From a virus (lineage: Duplodnaviria; Caudoviricetes): 60,420 nt of DNA. The notes beneath the pieces were generated by a model. It searched no databases. It was not told the DNA's origin and was given only the letters and a program-made list of their open reading frames with translations. A program made the position numbers and the translations under genes. The first letter of the stretch is position 1; each line of letters opens with the position of its first letter. Where the stretch lies: the IMG/VR virus record IMGVR_UViG_3300032225_000805, positions 1 through 60,420 of that record, one strand, 5' to 3'. Shown in pieces: positions 36,298 to 46,738 of the stretch.

Positions 36298-38516
36298 TGT
36301 ATAAAATAGAAAAAGATATAGTTCCATCAAGCATAAAATCTTCCAGAAACTCTAGGGGGATGTGGACTTATGGATACAATAAAGAGTTTGATATAATTGT
36401 AATATCTAAGGATGGCACAATTGGCGATATCTATAACATAAACGATTTATTAATAGCCCTTCCAAAAGAAAAGAAGTGTGAAGCTAATGAAGAAGGTACA
36501 TGGATTCCTCATGAGATACCAAAAGAATTAGCATCCATAAAATCTCAGGCAGAATGGAATGTTAGAACCAACGAGTTTAAATCAAAATACATAGACTATA
36601 TAGAAGGAGAGTTTGATAAGAGAGCTAATGGGCACTGGTTTTTAAATAAAGGAATACCTACTTACTTAACAGGTAGTCACTACATGTACTTGCAGTGGAC
36701 TAAAATAGACGTTGGATTGCCAGAGTTCAGGGAAAGTAATAGGATATTTTATATTTTCTGGGAGGCATGTAAAGCGGACAATAGATGCTATGGGATATGC
36801 TACCTAAAGAATAGAAGAAGTGGATTTTCATTTATGTCAGGTAGTGAGTGTAGTAACATTGGAACAATTACCAGAGATGCAAGATTAGGAATACTAAGCA
36901 AGACAGGTGGTGATGCTAAAAAACTATTTACAGAGAAAGTGGTTCCAATGGGGCTTAATTATCCATTCTTTTTTAGGCCTATTCAAGATGGTATGGATAG
37001 ACCCAAAACGGAAATATCATATCGGGTTCCAGCAAGTAGGCTGACTAGGAAGACAATGTTTAGCACAGACGAAGAAGAATTAGATGGGTTGAATACAGTA
37101 ATTGACTGGCAGGCTACTACAGACAATAGTTATGATGGTGCCAAGCTTAAGTTTTTGCTTCACGACGAAACAGGAAAATGGCTCAAGCCTGAAAATATAC
37201 TAAACAACTGGAAAATAACGAAGACATGCCTGCGATTAGGTAAGAATATTGTTGGTAAATGTATGATGGGTAGTACCAGTAATGCGCTATCAAAAGGTGG
37301 AGCTGAATTTAAAGAGTTATTTGAGAAGTCAAACCCAAGAGTAAGAAATAATAATGGACAAACAACCAGTGGGTTATATGCATTATTTATCCCGATGGAA
37401 TGGAACTTTGAGGGGTATATCGATAAATGGGGGTTCCCTATACTAGAGGTACAGAAAGGGAAATCTGTTGAAACTTCAGATGGAGAGTCTGTTTCTATAG
37501 GCGTAATAGAACATTGGAACAATGAAGTTGATTCACTAAAGAATGACTCAGACGCATTGAATGAACACTACAGGCAGTTCCCAAGAACAGAAAGCCATGC
37601 TTTTAGAGATGAGAGCATAAGTAGCCTATTTAACCTTACAAAGATATATCAACAGATAGACTACAACGAGGGGATGATAGAGGGCAGGGCTTTAACTAGA
37701 GGATACTTCAGCTGGTATAACGGAGAGAAGGATACAAAGGTTATTTGGACTCCTGATAATAAAGGAAGATTTTTAGTCTCATGGATTCCTCCAGCACATC
37801 TGCAAAATAATGTAGCCGTAAGAAATAATTTAAGGTACCCACTGAATGAGCATCTAGGTATTTTTGGATGCGATAGTTACGACATATCTGGAGTAGTGGG
37901 TGGTGGTGGTTCAAACGGAGCGCTACACGGGCTTACTAAGTTTCACATGGAACAAGTTCCTACGAACCATTTCTTCCTTGAATACATATCTAGGCCACAG
38001 ACAGCTGAGATATTTTATGAGGATGTAATAATGGCAATTCACTTCTATGGAATGCAAATTTTGGCAGAGAACAACAAGCCTAGGTTACTATACCACTTAA
38101 AGAATAGGGGATATAGGCCATTTAGCATGAACAGGCCAGATAAGCCACTAGCAAAACTGTCAGTAACAGAGAGAGAGCTAGGTGGAATACCGAACACGAG
38201 TGAAGATGTGAAGCAGGCTCACGCAGATGCTATACAGACATACATAGAAAAATATGTTGGGTACGACTTAGACGGCACCTATAGAGACTCGGAAGATATT
38301 GGAGATATGTTTTTTAATAAGACCTTACAGTCTTGGGCTAAATTTGACATAAATAACAGAACTAAATTTGATGCTTCGATAAGTAGCGGACTTGCAATAA
38401 TGGCTGGACAGCGCCATTTGTACGTTCCAAAGACTGAGAATACAAAAATAAGTATTAAATTTGCGAAGTATGACAATTCTGGTAGAACAAGTCAGATATT
38501 AAATAATGAGAGATAA
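36297..38516 (+). CDS. terL: Terminase large subunit
   Basis: KNRRSGFS Walker A, LLHDETGKW Walker B, FGCDSYD nuclease, ENN. Confidence 0.9.
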   Translation: MYKIEKDIVPSSIKSSRNSRGMWTYGYNKEFDIIVISKDGTIGDIYNINDLLIALPKEKKCEANEEGTWIPHEIPKELASIKSQAEWNVRTNEFKSKYIDYIEGEFDKRANGHWFLNKGIPTYLTGSHYMYLQWTKIDVGLPEFRESNRIFYIFWEACKADNRCYGICYLKNRRSGFSFMSGSECSNIGTITRDARLGILSKTGGDAKKLFTEKVVPMGLNYPFFFRPIQDGMDRPKTEISYRVPASRLTRKTMFSTDEEELDGLNTVIDWQATTDNSYDGAKLKFLLHDETGKWLKPENILNNWKITKTCLRLGKNIVGKCMMGSTSNALSKGGAEFKELFEKSNPRVRNNNGQTTSGLYALFIPMEWNFEGYIDKWGFPILEVQKGKSVETSDGESVSIGVIEHWNNEVDSLKNDSDALNEHYRQFPRTESHAFRDESISSLFNLTKIYQQIDYNEGMIEGRALTRGYFSWYNGEKDTKVIWTPDNKGRFLVSWIPPAHLQNNVAVRNNLRYPLNEHLGIFGCDSYDISGVVGGGGSNGALHGLTKFHMEQVPTNHFFLEYISRPQTAEIFYEDVIMAIHFYGMQILAENNKPRLLYHLKNRGYRPFSMNRPDKPLAKLSVTERELGGIPNTSEDVKQAHADAIQTYIEKYVGYDLDGTYRDSEDIGDMFFNKTLQSWAKFDINNRTKFDASISSGLAIMAGQRHLYVPKTENTKISIKFAKYDNSGRTSQILNNER

Positions 38517-40926
38517 AAAAAATATATCAATTCCGAGACAAGCATTCCCAAGTACAAATACAAAAGACTCAGTAAAAGCTACTAAAGAATACGGACTAAA
38601 AATAGGTCAAGCAATACAGCACGAATGGTTTCAGGAGGGCGGAGGTACTTGCAAGTTTTTTACTAGATGGACAGATTTCCATAACACTAGATTATATGCG
38701 AGAGGTGAGCAGCCTATTCAGAAATATAAAAAAGGTTTTGGAGATGACTTGTCACATATAAATATGGACTGGACTCCAGTTCCTATTATTCCGAAGTTTG
38801 TTGATATTGTTGTAAATGGAATGTCAGACAGAACCTTTAGCACAAAGGCTATAGCTGTTGATGCTATGTCTGCTGACGAAAGGAATAAGTATCAGCAAAT
38901 GGTTAAGTCTCAAATGATAGCAAAGCCTGTATTAATGGCTATCAAGGAGAACTTTGGTGTTGATACCTTTAAGGTTAACCCAGATGAACTACCAGAAACG
39001 AATGACGAGCTTTCTTTGTTCATGCAAATGAAATATAAGCCAAGAATTGAGATAGCTGAGGAGACAGCTATTGATACAATTTTTGAATTAAATAACTATG
39101 AAAATCTAAGAGATAAGTTTCACTACGACTTAACAACTCTTGGTATTGGGATAGGTAAGCATACGTTTAATATTAATGATGGTATTAGAATTGAGTATGT
39201 TGACCCAGCAACAGTAGTACACTCGTACACAGAGTCTCCTACATTCGAGGATTGTTTCTATTGGGGAGAAGTTAAGACAGTGCATGTAAGTGAGTTGTTA
39301 AAACTAGACCCAGATATGGATGAAGAAGAGTTAGAGGAAGCGGTAAGAGGCGGACAAGAATTTGGAGACTACTACATAGGGATGTCAAAATATAGAGAAA
39401 GTGTTTTCCAGAAAGATACTGTTACATTACTATATTTTAATTATAAAACAACTAACAGCGTTGTCCATAAGAAAAAGAAATTAAATAATGGAGGAGAGAA
39501 GGTAGTTAAGAAAGACGATAGTTTTAATCCAGAGCCAAATGAGAATTTTGAAAAGATAGACAAAAAGATTGAGGTATGGTATGAAGGTGTAATGACGCTA
39601 GGGTCAAATATGCTTATCAAATGGGAGCTTTGCAAGAATATGGTAAGACCAGATGCCGCAATACAGAAGACATATTCAAACTATGTAGCATGTGCCCCAA
39701 GAATTTATAAGGGAGAGATTGAGTCTTTAACTAAGCGAATGATTCCTTTTGCAGACTTAATACAGATGACGCATTTAAAGTTGCAGCAGGTATTAAGCAG
39801 AATTGTTCCAGATGGTGTGTTTATAGATGCAGACGGTATTAATGAAGTTGACTTAGGGAATGGGGGTTCATATACTCCAGAGGATGCATTAAATATGTAC
39901 TTCACAACTGGTAGTGTTATTGGGCGTTCATACACTCAGGATGGTGAATTGAATCATGGTAAGATACCTATCCAAGAGTTAAATAGCAACAATGGACAAG
40001 GTAAAATAAACAGTTTAACTAGTACTTATAATCATTACTTAGGTATGATTAGAGATGTGACAGGTTTAAACGAAGCAAGAGATGCAAGCACTCCTGACCC
40101 CAACAGTTTAGTTGGACTTCAAAAGTTAGCTGCTGCAAATAGTAATACAGCGACTAGACATATATTAAATGCTAGTGTATATATTACAAAGATGCTTAGT
40201 GAGGCTATATCGTATAGAATTTCTGATGTGTTAGAATACTCTGACAATAGAGAAGAGTTTGCAATGCAGATTGGGAAATATAACTATGATATGCTAGATG
40301 AGATAAAAGCATTGCCATTGCATAGCTTTGGAATTTTCTTAGAGGTATCACCAGACTCAGAGCAAGAAAATCAATTAGAGAACAATATCGGTGTTGCATT
40401 GAAAGTAGGGCAGATTAATCTTGAGGATGCTATTGACATCCGAAACATGAAAAATATAAAGCTTGCTAACGAATTATTGAAGCAAAGAAGAAAGTCAAGA
40501 GATAAGCAACGAATGGATGAGCAGAAGCAGACTATGGAACAGCAAACTCAAGGTAACATCCAATCAGCACAAGCATCTAGCCAAGCAAAAGCTCAGTCTC
40601 TACAGATTGAAGCACAAGTTAAAATGCAAGTAATTCAAGCTCAATCTCAGGCAGACATGGCTAAGATGGAAAGAGAAGCTCAATTAAAACTTGAGTTAAT
40701 GAACCAAGAGTTTGAAATGCAGATGAGATTGAAGCAAGCAGAGATAGAGTTGGTTAATGGAAGAGACATGAAGAAGGAAGAAGCTAAAGATAATAGAACA
40801 AAAATACAGGCAACACAGCAATCAAAATTAATAGAGCAAAGACAAAACAAAGCAGCGTCTGTAGATTTTGAGTCAAACGAGGATTCTTTAGACGGATTCA
40901 GTCTAGGTGAGTTTGAACCGAGGTAG
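38506..40926 (+). CDS. Portal protein
   Basis: Follows terL; W.PVPIIPKFVDIVVNG, IRDVTGLNEARD, long Q-rich C-terminal helix. Confidence 0.9.
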   Translation: MRDKKNISIPRQAFPSTNTKDSVKATKEYGLKIGQAIQHEWFQEGGGTCKFFTRWTDFHNTRLYARGEQPIQKYKKGFGDDLSHINMDWTPVPIIPKFVDIVVNGMSDRTFSTKAIAVDAMSADERNKYQQMVKSQMIAKPVLMAIKENFGVDTFKVNPDELPETNDELSLFMQMKYKPRIEIAEETAIDTIFELNNYENLRDKFHYDLTTLGIGIGKHTFNINDGIRIEYVDPATVVHSYTESPTFEDCFYWGEVKTVHVSELLKLDPDMDEEELEEAVRGGQEFGDYYIGMSKYRESVFQKDTVTLLYFNYKTTNSVVHKKKKLNNGGEKVVKKDDSFNPEPNENFEKIDKKIEVWYEGVMTLGSNMLIKWELCKNMVRPDAAIQKTYSNYVACAPRIYKGEIESLTKRMIPFADLIQMTHLKLQQVLSRIVPDGVFIDADGINEVDLGNGGSYTPEDALNMYFTTGSVIGRSYTQDGELNHGKIPIQELNSNNGQGKINSLTSTYNHYLGMIRDVTGLNEARDASTPDPNSLVGLQKLAAANSNTATRHILNASVYITKMLSEAISYRISDVLEYSDNREEFAMQIGKYNYDMLDEIKALPLHSFGIFLEVSPDSEQENQLENNIGVALKVGQINLEDAIDIRNMKNIKLANELLKQRRKSRDKQRMDEQKQTMEQQTQGNIQSAQASSQAKAQSLQIEAQVKMQVIQAQSQADMAKMEREAQLKLELMNQEFEMQMRLKQAEIELVNGRDMKKEEAKDNRTKIQATQQSKLIEQRQNKAASVDFESNEDSLDGFSLGEFEPR

Positions 40927-40949
40927 TTGTTTATGTATGATATTAGTCA

Positions 40950-40957
40950 TATATTTG
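40950..40957 (+). promoter_or_regulatory. TAnnTTTG promoter for the head genes
   Basis: TAGTCATATATTTG, identical over 14 nt to the element at 34591-34604. Confidence 0.6.
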
Positions 40958-40974
40958 CTAAAATTTAATATAAT

Positions 40975-42051
40975 ATGGAATTTACTAACGTAAAACTAGT
41001 TGACGATGAAGAAAAATCATTGTCAGAAAAAGAAGCTGATGTAATTGCTGCTGCAAAAGAAGAAGAAATTGCTATGGAGTCAGAGCCTGAAGTAGCAGAA
41101 GAATCTGAGGCAGAAGCAGAGTCAGAGCTCAATGAAACAAGTGTTCTTTCATTTATTAAGAATAAGTTTAATAAAGAAGTAAGTTCTTTAGAAGACTTAT
41201 TTAACGAGAAAAAAGAAGCAGTAGACTTACCCGAAGATGTTTCGATGTACATGAAGTACAATAAAGAAACAGGGCGTGGGTTTGAAGACTTTATAAAAGC
41301 GAATAGGGATTTCACACAAGAAGAACCTACAACTTTACTTAAAGAATACTTGGCTATTATGAATCCAGAGCTTGATGAAGAAGACATGGAGTTCGAGATG
41401 GAGAAATACGAGTATGACGAATTTGATGAAAAAAAAGAAATAGCTGCTAAAAAAGTAGCTTACAAAAAAGACCTTGCGGAAGCAATTAATTACTTTAATA
41501 AACAAAAGGAGCAGTACAAAATGCCAGCAGCGTCTGTTGGAACTGGATTGCAAGAAGAGGAAAAAGAAGCGTATGAATTGTTTAAGCGGACACAATCGCA
41601 GGTGGCGACCTACGAGGAAGAGAATAATGCAAAAGTTGAATATTTTAAGCGGAAAACTGATGAGTTGCTTAATGAGAAATTTAAAGGTTTTGAATTTCAA
41701 ATTGATGGCAAAAATTTAGTATATAAACCTTCAGATATTGCTAAAATCAAAGAGCAGCAGTCTAACATTGGCACATTTATTAGTAGCCATGTTGGAGAAA
41801 ACGGATTGCTTAAAAATGCAGAGGCTTACCACAAAGCGATGGTGATGGCTTCTAACCCAGACATGATGGCTAAATTTTTCTATGAGCAAGGGGCAGCAGA
41901 TGCTACCACAAACTTTGCAAAAGATAGTAAAAATATAGATATGTCAGGAACTAGAAGTTCACCGCAATCAATTTCAAAGGGTGGCATAAGTGTTAAAATG
42001 GTTGAAGATGACGATGATTATTCTCTGAAAATAAGCAGCAACAGAAAATAA
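40975..42051 (+). CDS. Capsid scaffolding protein
   Basis: Highly acidic coiled-coil protein between portal and capsid; FFYEQG..DA. Confidence 0.75.
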   Translation: MEFTNVKLVDDEEKSLSEKEADVIAAAKEEEIAMESEPEVAEESEAEAESELNETSVLSFIKNKFNKEVSSLEDLFNEKKEAVDLPEDVSMYMKYNKETGRGFEDFIKANRDFTQEEPTTLLKEYLAIMNPELDEEDMEFEMEKYEYDEFDEKKEIAAKKVAYKKDLAEAINYFNKQKEQYKMPAASVGTGLQEEEKEAYELFKRTQSQVATYEEENNAKVEYFKRKTDELLNEKFKGFEFQIDGKNLVYKPSDIAKIKEQQSNIGTFISSHVGENGLLKNAEAYHKAMVMASNPDMMAKFFYEQGAADATTNFAKDSKNIDMSGTRSSPQSISKGGISVKMVEDDDDYSLKISSNRK

Positions 42052-42080
42052 TTAACAATTAAAAACAAAAAACCAAAAAA

Positions 42081-43517
42081 ATGGCAGGTACATTATCATT
42101 ATCACCTACTTACGGATTAACGCCTACAGCGCAGAAAATCCCAACAACAACAAACTATATTAAGGACTTCCAGTTTCTTAATCAATACTTACCAGAGCAG
42201 TATCAAAAAGAATTTGAGCGTTATGGTAACAGAAGCGTAGCATCATTCTTGAGAATGTTAAGCGCAGAGATTCCATTTGCATCAGACTTAATTAAATGGT
42301 CAGAGCAAGGTCGTTTACATACAAAATATAATAACGTATGGACAACGAATGCAGCAGGTGCAACAGCAACAGCGCAAGTTTTTAACTGCCAATCAGGAAC
42401 TGTATGTGCATTCCGTGTTGGACAGACAGTATTTATTTCTCAAAATGCAGGAACTGCAACAAATAAAGGTGTAATCACAGCAGTATCAGGTGCTACATTT
42501 ACAGTTGCTTACTATGAAGCAAGTCAAGCTATTGTGGCAGGTACTTCAACTACTAACCTATGTACTGCATTTGTTTATGGTTCAGAGTTCCAAAAAGGTA
42601 CTTCTGGAATGGCAGGAAGTTTAGAGGCTCAATCTCAATTCTTCGATAACAAACCAATTATCATTAAAGATAACTACCAAGTTAGCGGTTCTGATATGGC
42701 TCAAATAGGTTGGGTAGAAGTATCTGACGAAATGGGTGGTTCAGGTTACTTATGGTATTTAAAATCATCTCATGAAACTCGTACTCGTTTTGAAGACTAC
42801 TTAGAAATGAGCATGGTTGAAGGTAAGCCAGCAGAAGCAAGTTCTGGAGCATTAGCTACATTAAGTCCATCTACATCAACTATTACTGGTGGTGCTACTG
42901 GTACTACTAGTGCAGGTACTAAAGGTTTATTCTATGAAGTAGAGAACAGAGGTAACGTGTGGAGCGGTGGTAATCCGAACACATTAAATGACTTCGATGC
43001 AGTTATTCAAAGATTAGACAAGCAAGGAGCTATTCAAGAGAATGCAATTTTCTTAAACCGTCAGTTTAGCTTTGACATTGACGACATGTTAGCTGCTCAA
43101 AGCGCAAGTGCTATGGGTGGTTCTAGCTTTGGTTTATTTGACAACGACAAAGAGATGGCATTAAACTTAGGTTTCTCTGGTTTCCGTAGAGGTTACGATT
43201 TCTATAAAACAGACTGGAAATACTTAAACGATGCTCAAACTCGTGGTGACTTAGTAGCAGGTAATGTAAATGGTATTTTAGTTCCAGCAGGTTCAACTAA
43301 TGTTTATGACCAAGTTTTAGGCAAAAATGCTAAACGCCCATTCTTACACGTTAGATATCGTAAGAGTGAGGTTGAAGATAGAAAATACAAATCATGGGTT
43401 ACAGGTGGTGCAGGTGGTGCAACTACTAGTGACGTAGATGAAATGAGAGTTAATTTCTTATCTGAAAGAGCACTTTGCGTATTAGGAGCTAATAACTTCT
43501 TTATCTTTAAAAACTAA
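42081..43517 (+). CDS. Major capsid protein
   Basis: Position after the scaffold; W.EQGRLH, VSGSDMAQIGWVEV, RRGYDFYK.DWKYLN, GANNF; optimised codons; downstream hairpin. Confidence 0.9.
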   Translation: MAGTLSLSPTYGLTPTAQKIPTTTNYIKDFQFLNQYLPEQYQKEFERYGNRSVASFLRMLSAEIPFASDLIKWSEQGRLHTKYNNVWTTNAAGATATAQVFNCQSGTVCAFRVGQTVFISQNAGTATNKGVITAVSGATFTVAYYEASQAIVAGTSTTNLCTAFVYGSEFQKGTSGMAGSLEAQSQFFDNKPIIIKDNYQVSGSDMAQIGWVEVSDEMGGSGYLWYLKSSHETRTRFEDYLEMSMVEGKPAEASSGALATLSPSTSTITGGATGTTSAGTKGLFYEVENRGNVWSGGNPNTLNDFDAVIQRLDKQGAIQENAIFLNRQFSFDIDDMLAAQSASAMGGSSFGLFDNDKEMALNLGFSGFRRGYDFYKTDWKYLNDAQTRGDLVAGNVNGILVPAGSTNVYDQVLGKNAKRPFLHVRYRKSEVEDRKYKSWVTGGAGGATTSDVDEMRVNFLSERALCVLGANNFFIFKN

Positions 43518-43529
43518 TAAATAACAAAT

Positions 43530-43563
43530 AATAGTGGGCGACATTAAATTGTTGTCCACTATT
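43530..43563 (+). terminator. Hairpin downstream of the capsid gene
   Basis: AATAGTGGgCGACA-loop-TGTTGtCCACTATT. Confidence 0.6.
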
Positions 43564-43586
43564 ACTTTAAATTAAAATTAAATAAA

Positions 43587-44342
43587 ATGAAATCAACAAA
43601 AAAAACACAAGTAGGAAAAGACAAAACGTATGTATTGATGAGCAGCAGCTCTCCAATATGTTTCATGTTACAATCAAAAAATAGTAAGAGTTCACCATTG
43701 CTGTACTTCGATGAAGAGACTAATGAAAACAGAGCATTAAGATATGCTAAAAATCAAAAGAGTCCATTTGAAGACGAGCAAGATGGTAACGCAATACTAG
43801 AGCATGTAATGTTTGAAGATGGGTCGCTTCATGTGCCATACACAAACCCAACACTACAAAAGTTCTTAGACATCCATCCAGCCAACGGTTCCTTATTTAA
43901 AGAGTTAGACCACGAAGCTATAGCAAAGGATGAAAAAGATGCTTTATTAAAGGAGATAGATGCATTGGTTACCGCTAAGGGATTAGAAGTATCAGTTGCA
44001 GAGTCTATTTTAAGGGTATATGCTGGGGCAAATGTAGATAGCATGACTACGAGTGAAATAAAAAGGGACATATTGATATACGCCAAGAAAAGTCCTAGAG
44101 AGTTCTTAGAAGCCATAGAAGACCCAACGCTAACATTAGACAATACTGTAGCTAGGTCATTTACTGATGGTATATTCATAACAAAAAACAATGGTAGAGA
44201 TATATATTATAACTTAGAAAACAACAAGTTGAAGTTATTGACAATACCTTCTGGAGAAACAGCAGAGCAAGCATTAAGTGCGTTCTTCTTAACACCAAAG
44301 GGACTTGAAATAATGAAGATGGTTGAAAGTAAGTTGAATTAA
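43587..44342 (+). CDS. Conserved structural-module protein
   Basis: LLYFDE....RALRYA.NQKSPF.DEQ...F.DG.L.VP..N..LQ.FL..HP. Confidence 0.65.
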   Translation: MKSTKKTQVGKDKTYVLMSSSSPICFMLQSKNSKSSPLLYFDEETNENRALRYAKNQKSPFEDEQDGNAILEHVMFEDGSLHVPYTNPTLQKFLDIHPANGSLFKELDHEAIAKDEKDALLKEIDALVTAKGLEVSVAESILRVYAGANVDSMTTSEIKRDILIYAKKSPREFLEAIEDPTLTLDNTVARSFTDGIFITKNNGRDIYYNLENNKLKLLTIPSGETAEQALSAFFLTPKGLEIMKMVESKLN

Positions 44343-44385
44343 TTATCTTTGCATAACAACTTAACAATTTTAAAAAAAATAAAAA

Positions 44386-44685
44386 ATGAAAAGATTAATT
44401 TCGTTGCCTTTAGCGGCAGCCCCATTTAAGGCTATTATAGGAACAGACAATATAGCATTAATTACATTCCCATCAACAAGTACAGTGGTTATAACTTATG
44501 CTGGAGCTGTTACTGCTACATTTAAAACAACTATTACATTCACTAATGCAGACAGTACCTATGCTTCTCACAACTTAGTAGCAAAAGCAATTAATGATAC
44601 ATATAGTAATGCTGCAAGTCCAGCTGGTATTTATGAAATGCCTCCATTAGCAATAAATACAATTTCAACTGTAGCTTACGCTTAA
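44386..44685 (+). CDS. Small putative virion protein
   Basis: T/A-rich 99 aa, with its own TATCTTTG (44344-44351) and terminator. Confidence 0.6.
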   Translation: MKRLISLPLAAAPFKAIIGTDNIALITFPSTSTVVITYAGAVTATFKTTITFTNADSTYASHNLVAKAINDTYSNAASPAGIYEMPPLAINTISTVAYA

Positions 44686-44712
44686 TAATAACACTTAAAT
44701 AATGACAACATT

Positions 44713-44741
44713 AAAGCCCCTATTTTTATAGGGGTTTTTTT
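44713..44741 (+). terminator. Rho-independent terminator
   Basis: AAAGCCCCTAT-ttt-TATAGGGG-TTTTTTT. Confidence 0.8.
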
Positions 44742-44757
44742 GTTATCTTTGCTGCCT

Positions 44758-45861
44758 ATGATTGACAAAGTTAGACAGTCCGTATTGTATATCTTAAACA
44801 AGGATAACAATGGATATATTACTCCACAGGAGTTCAATCAATATGCAGGCATGGCTCAGTTAGATATTTTTAATAAATATTTTGTTGACTATGAGGAAGC
44901 CAAGCAGATGCTAAAGAATGGTAAGGCAAGCGATAACTATGCTGACACCGTTAGAAAGATAGAGTATAACATAAACGTATTCTTAGAAAATATATTAATA
45001 AGCAAAGAATCAGATACAGCTACTGCCATTGCTGCAATAAATGCAGGCACGGTATCAAGTATAGCTATAGCAAATAGCGGTGCAGGTTATTCTTTAGCTC
45101 CAAATGTATTTATCGGTAGCTCTGGTTCGGTAGCGTTTGCTGCAAATACGAGTGTTGTAAAGGGTGCAATGCTATCTAGTGGAACGAATTTTTTCATCGT
45201 AATTACGGCAGGAACCACAGGTGCTAACATTACAAGTTTTGACAAGAATAATAACTTTACAAATGGGTCAGCAGTATTAAAGTATGTAACAGTATCAAAC
45301 GGTGCTGGTTCAGGTGCCTTAGCAACAGCAAGCGTTGACACGAAGGGTAACATTTCAAACATTATAATAACAAACGCTGGTTCTGGTTACACATCGGCTC
45401 CTACGGTTACGATTGCAGCAACCAGTATAGGTAAGGGTTATGCGTTGCCATCGGATTGGTTCTTTATCGACAACCTATTCTTAGGTAACAATGAAATACA
45501 AAAGGTTAGTCCTAGAGAGTTAGCTCTATTGTTAAAGTCTCCAAGTGTTTATCCATCTACTGAGTTCCCAGTGTATAACCAGAAGGCATCATTAATGGAG
45601 GTTTATCCTAGCTCTATAACATCCGACATAGAGTTATATTATATTAGATATCCAAAGTATCCAAACTGGACTTACACTTCTATTGCAAATGGAGAGCCTA
45701 TATATAACCCATCCATTTCAGGGTTCCAAGACTTCGAGTTATATGATGAGGAATTTACCAAGCTAGTTACAATTATATTGCAGTATTCAGGTGTACAGAT
45801 AAGAGAGACACAGGTAGTGCAACTAGAGGCACAGCGTGAAGCAATGTTAAACAAAAAATAA
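44758..45861 (+). CDS. Tail adaptor/ring protein with inserted GxGY hairpin and beta-domain cassette
   Basis: VRQSVL.ILNKDNNGYITPQEFN.YA..AQLDIF...YIRYP..P.W...DFEL; start at 44758. Confidence 0.7.
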   Translation: MIDKVRQSVLYILNKDNNGYITPQEFNQYAGMAQLDIFNKYFVDYEEAKQMLKNGKASDNYADTVRKIEYNINVFLENILISKESDTATAIAAINAGTVSSIAIANSGAGYSLAPNVFIGSSGSVAFAANTSVVKGAMLSSGTNFFIVITAGTTGANITSFDKNNNFTNGSAVLKYVTVSNGAGSGALATASVDTKGNISNIIITNAGSGYTSAPTVTIAATSIGKGYALPSDWFFIDNLFLGNNEIQKVSPRELALLLKSPSVYPSTEFPVYNQKASLMEVYPSSITSDIELYYIRYPKYPNWTYTSIANGEPIYNPSISGFQDFELYDEEFTKLVTIILQYSGVQIRETQVVQLEAQREAMLNKK

Positions 45862-45867
45862 TAAAAA

Positions 45868-46737
45868 ATGCAAGATTCAGTATATTATGGAGATAGTTCA
45901 AATTTTGGGAGCTATCAATACCTACCACTAACCGAAATAGTTTCTAACTTCCTGTTGCAAAGTACAGGAGATAACTTCATCATTAACAATACGAGCAGAT
46001 TTAGCGTAGTATTTTGTGCGAAGAGAGGGATACAAGAGTTGCACTATGATGCAGCAAAAGAAACATTATCATTTGAGGGGGAAGTATCTTCTTCATTAAA
46101 AATGGTTATGCCATCTGATTTTGTAAATTACATAAAAGTTTATAGAGAAGTAAATGGTAATCTAATACAACTTGAAGAGTCTAATTCAGTTATAAGCGCT
46201 AGAGAAATGCTGAGAGACTCTAATGGCGATACAGTATACGACTCAAACGGTAATGCTGTTTTAGTAGACAGTGACTTAGACTTAGCTAGGATTAATGGTG
46301 ACGCTCAACAGATGTCTCCAGAAGGGTATTTAGGGTGGTTCATTAATAATGAGTGGTATTACCCTTATAACTATCCATTGCTTGGAATTGATATGGCTAA
46401 GATTGACTTTAACCCTACGTTTAGATTAGACAAAAAAGCTGGAGTAATTAACTTCTCTAGTGGCATGTCTGGAGAAAAAGTGGTTATAGAATACTTTAGC
46501 GATGGGATGAAGGCAGACGATGCTGACATAATGATACATAAAATGGCAGAGGAATATCTGTACATGTATATCAAGTGGGCATTATTAAATGGGAAGAGCG
46601 GCATCCCAGAATACGTTGTGAATAGAGCTAGAAGAGACAAGATGGCCGCACTAAGAAACACTAAAATAAGATTAGGTAATAACAGCCCTAGTAAGTTAAA
46701 AAAGGCTTTAAGAGGCGCATTAAATTGGATAAAGTAG
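45868..46737 (+). CDS. Tail ring/tubular protein
   Basis: GSYQY..L..IV.NF..AKRGIQEL.YD...P.DFVNY...EY.SDG..HK.AEE. Confidence 0.7.
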   Translation: MQDSVYYGDSSNFGSYQYLPLTEIVSNFLLQSTGDNFIINNTSRFSVVFCAKRGIQELHYDAAKETLSFEGEVSSSLKMVMPSDFVNYIKVYREVNGNLIQLEESNSVISAREMLRDSNGDTVYDSNGNAVLVDSDLDLARINGDAQQMSPEGYLGWFINNEWYYPYNYPLLGIDMAKIDFNPTFRLDKKAGVINFSSGMSGEKVVIEYFSDGMKADDADIMIHKMAEEYLYMYIKWALLNGKSGIPEYVVNRARRDKMAALRNTKIRLGNNSPSKLKKALRGALNWIK

Positions 46738-46738
46738 T

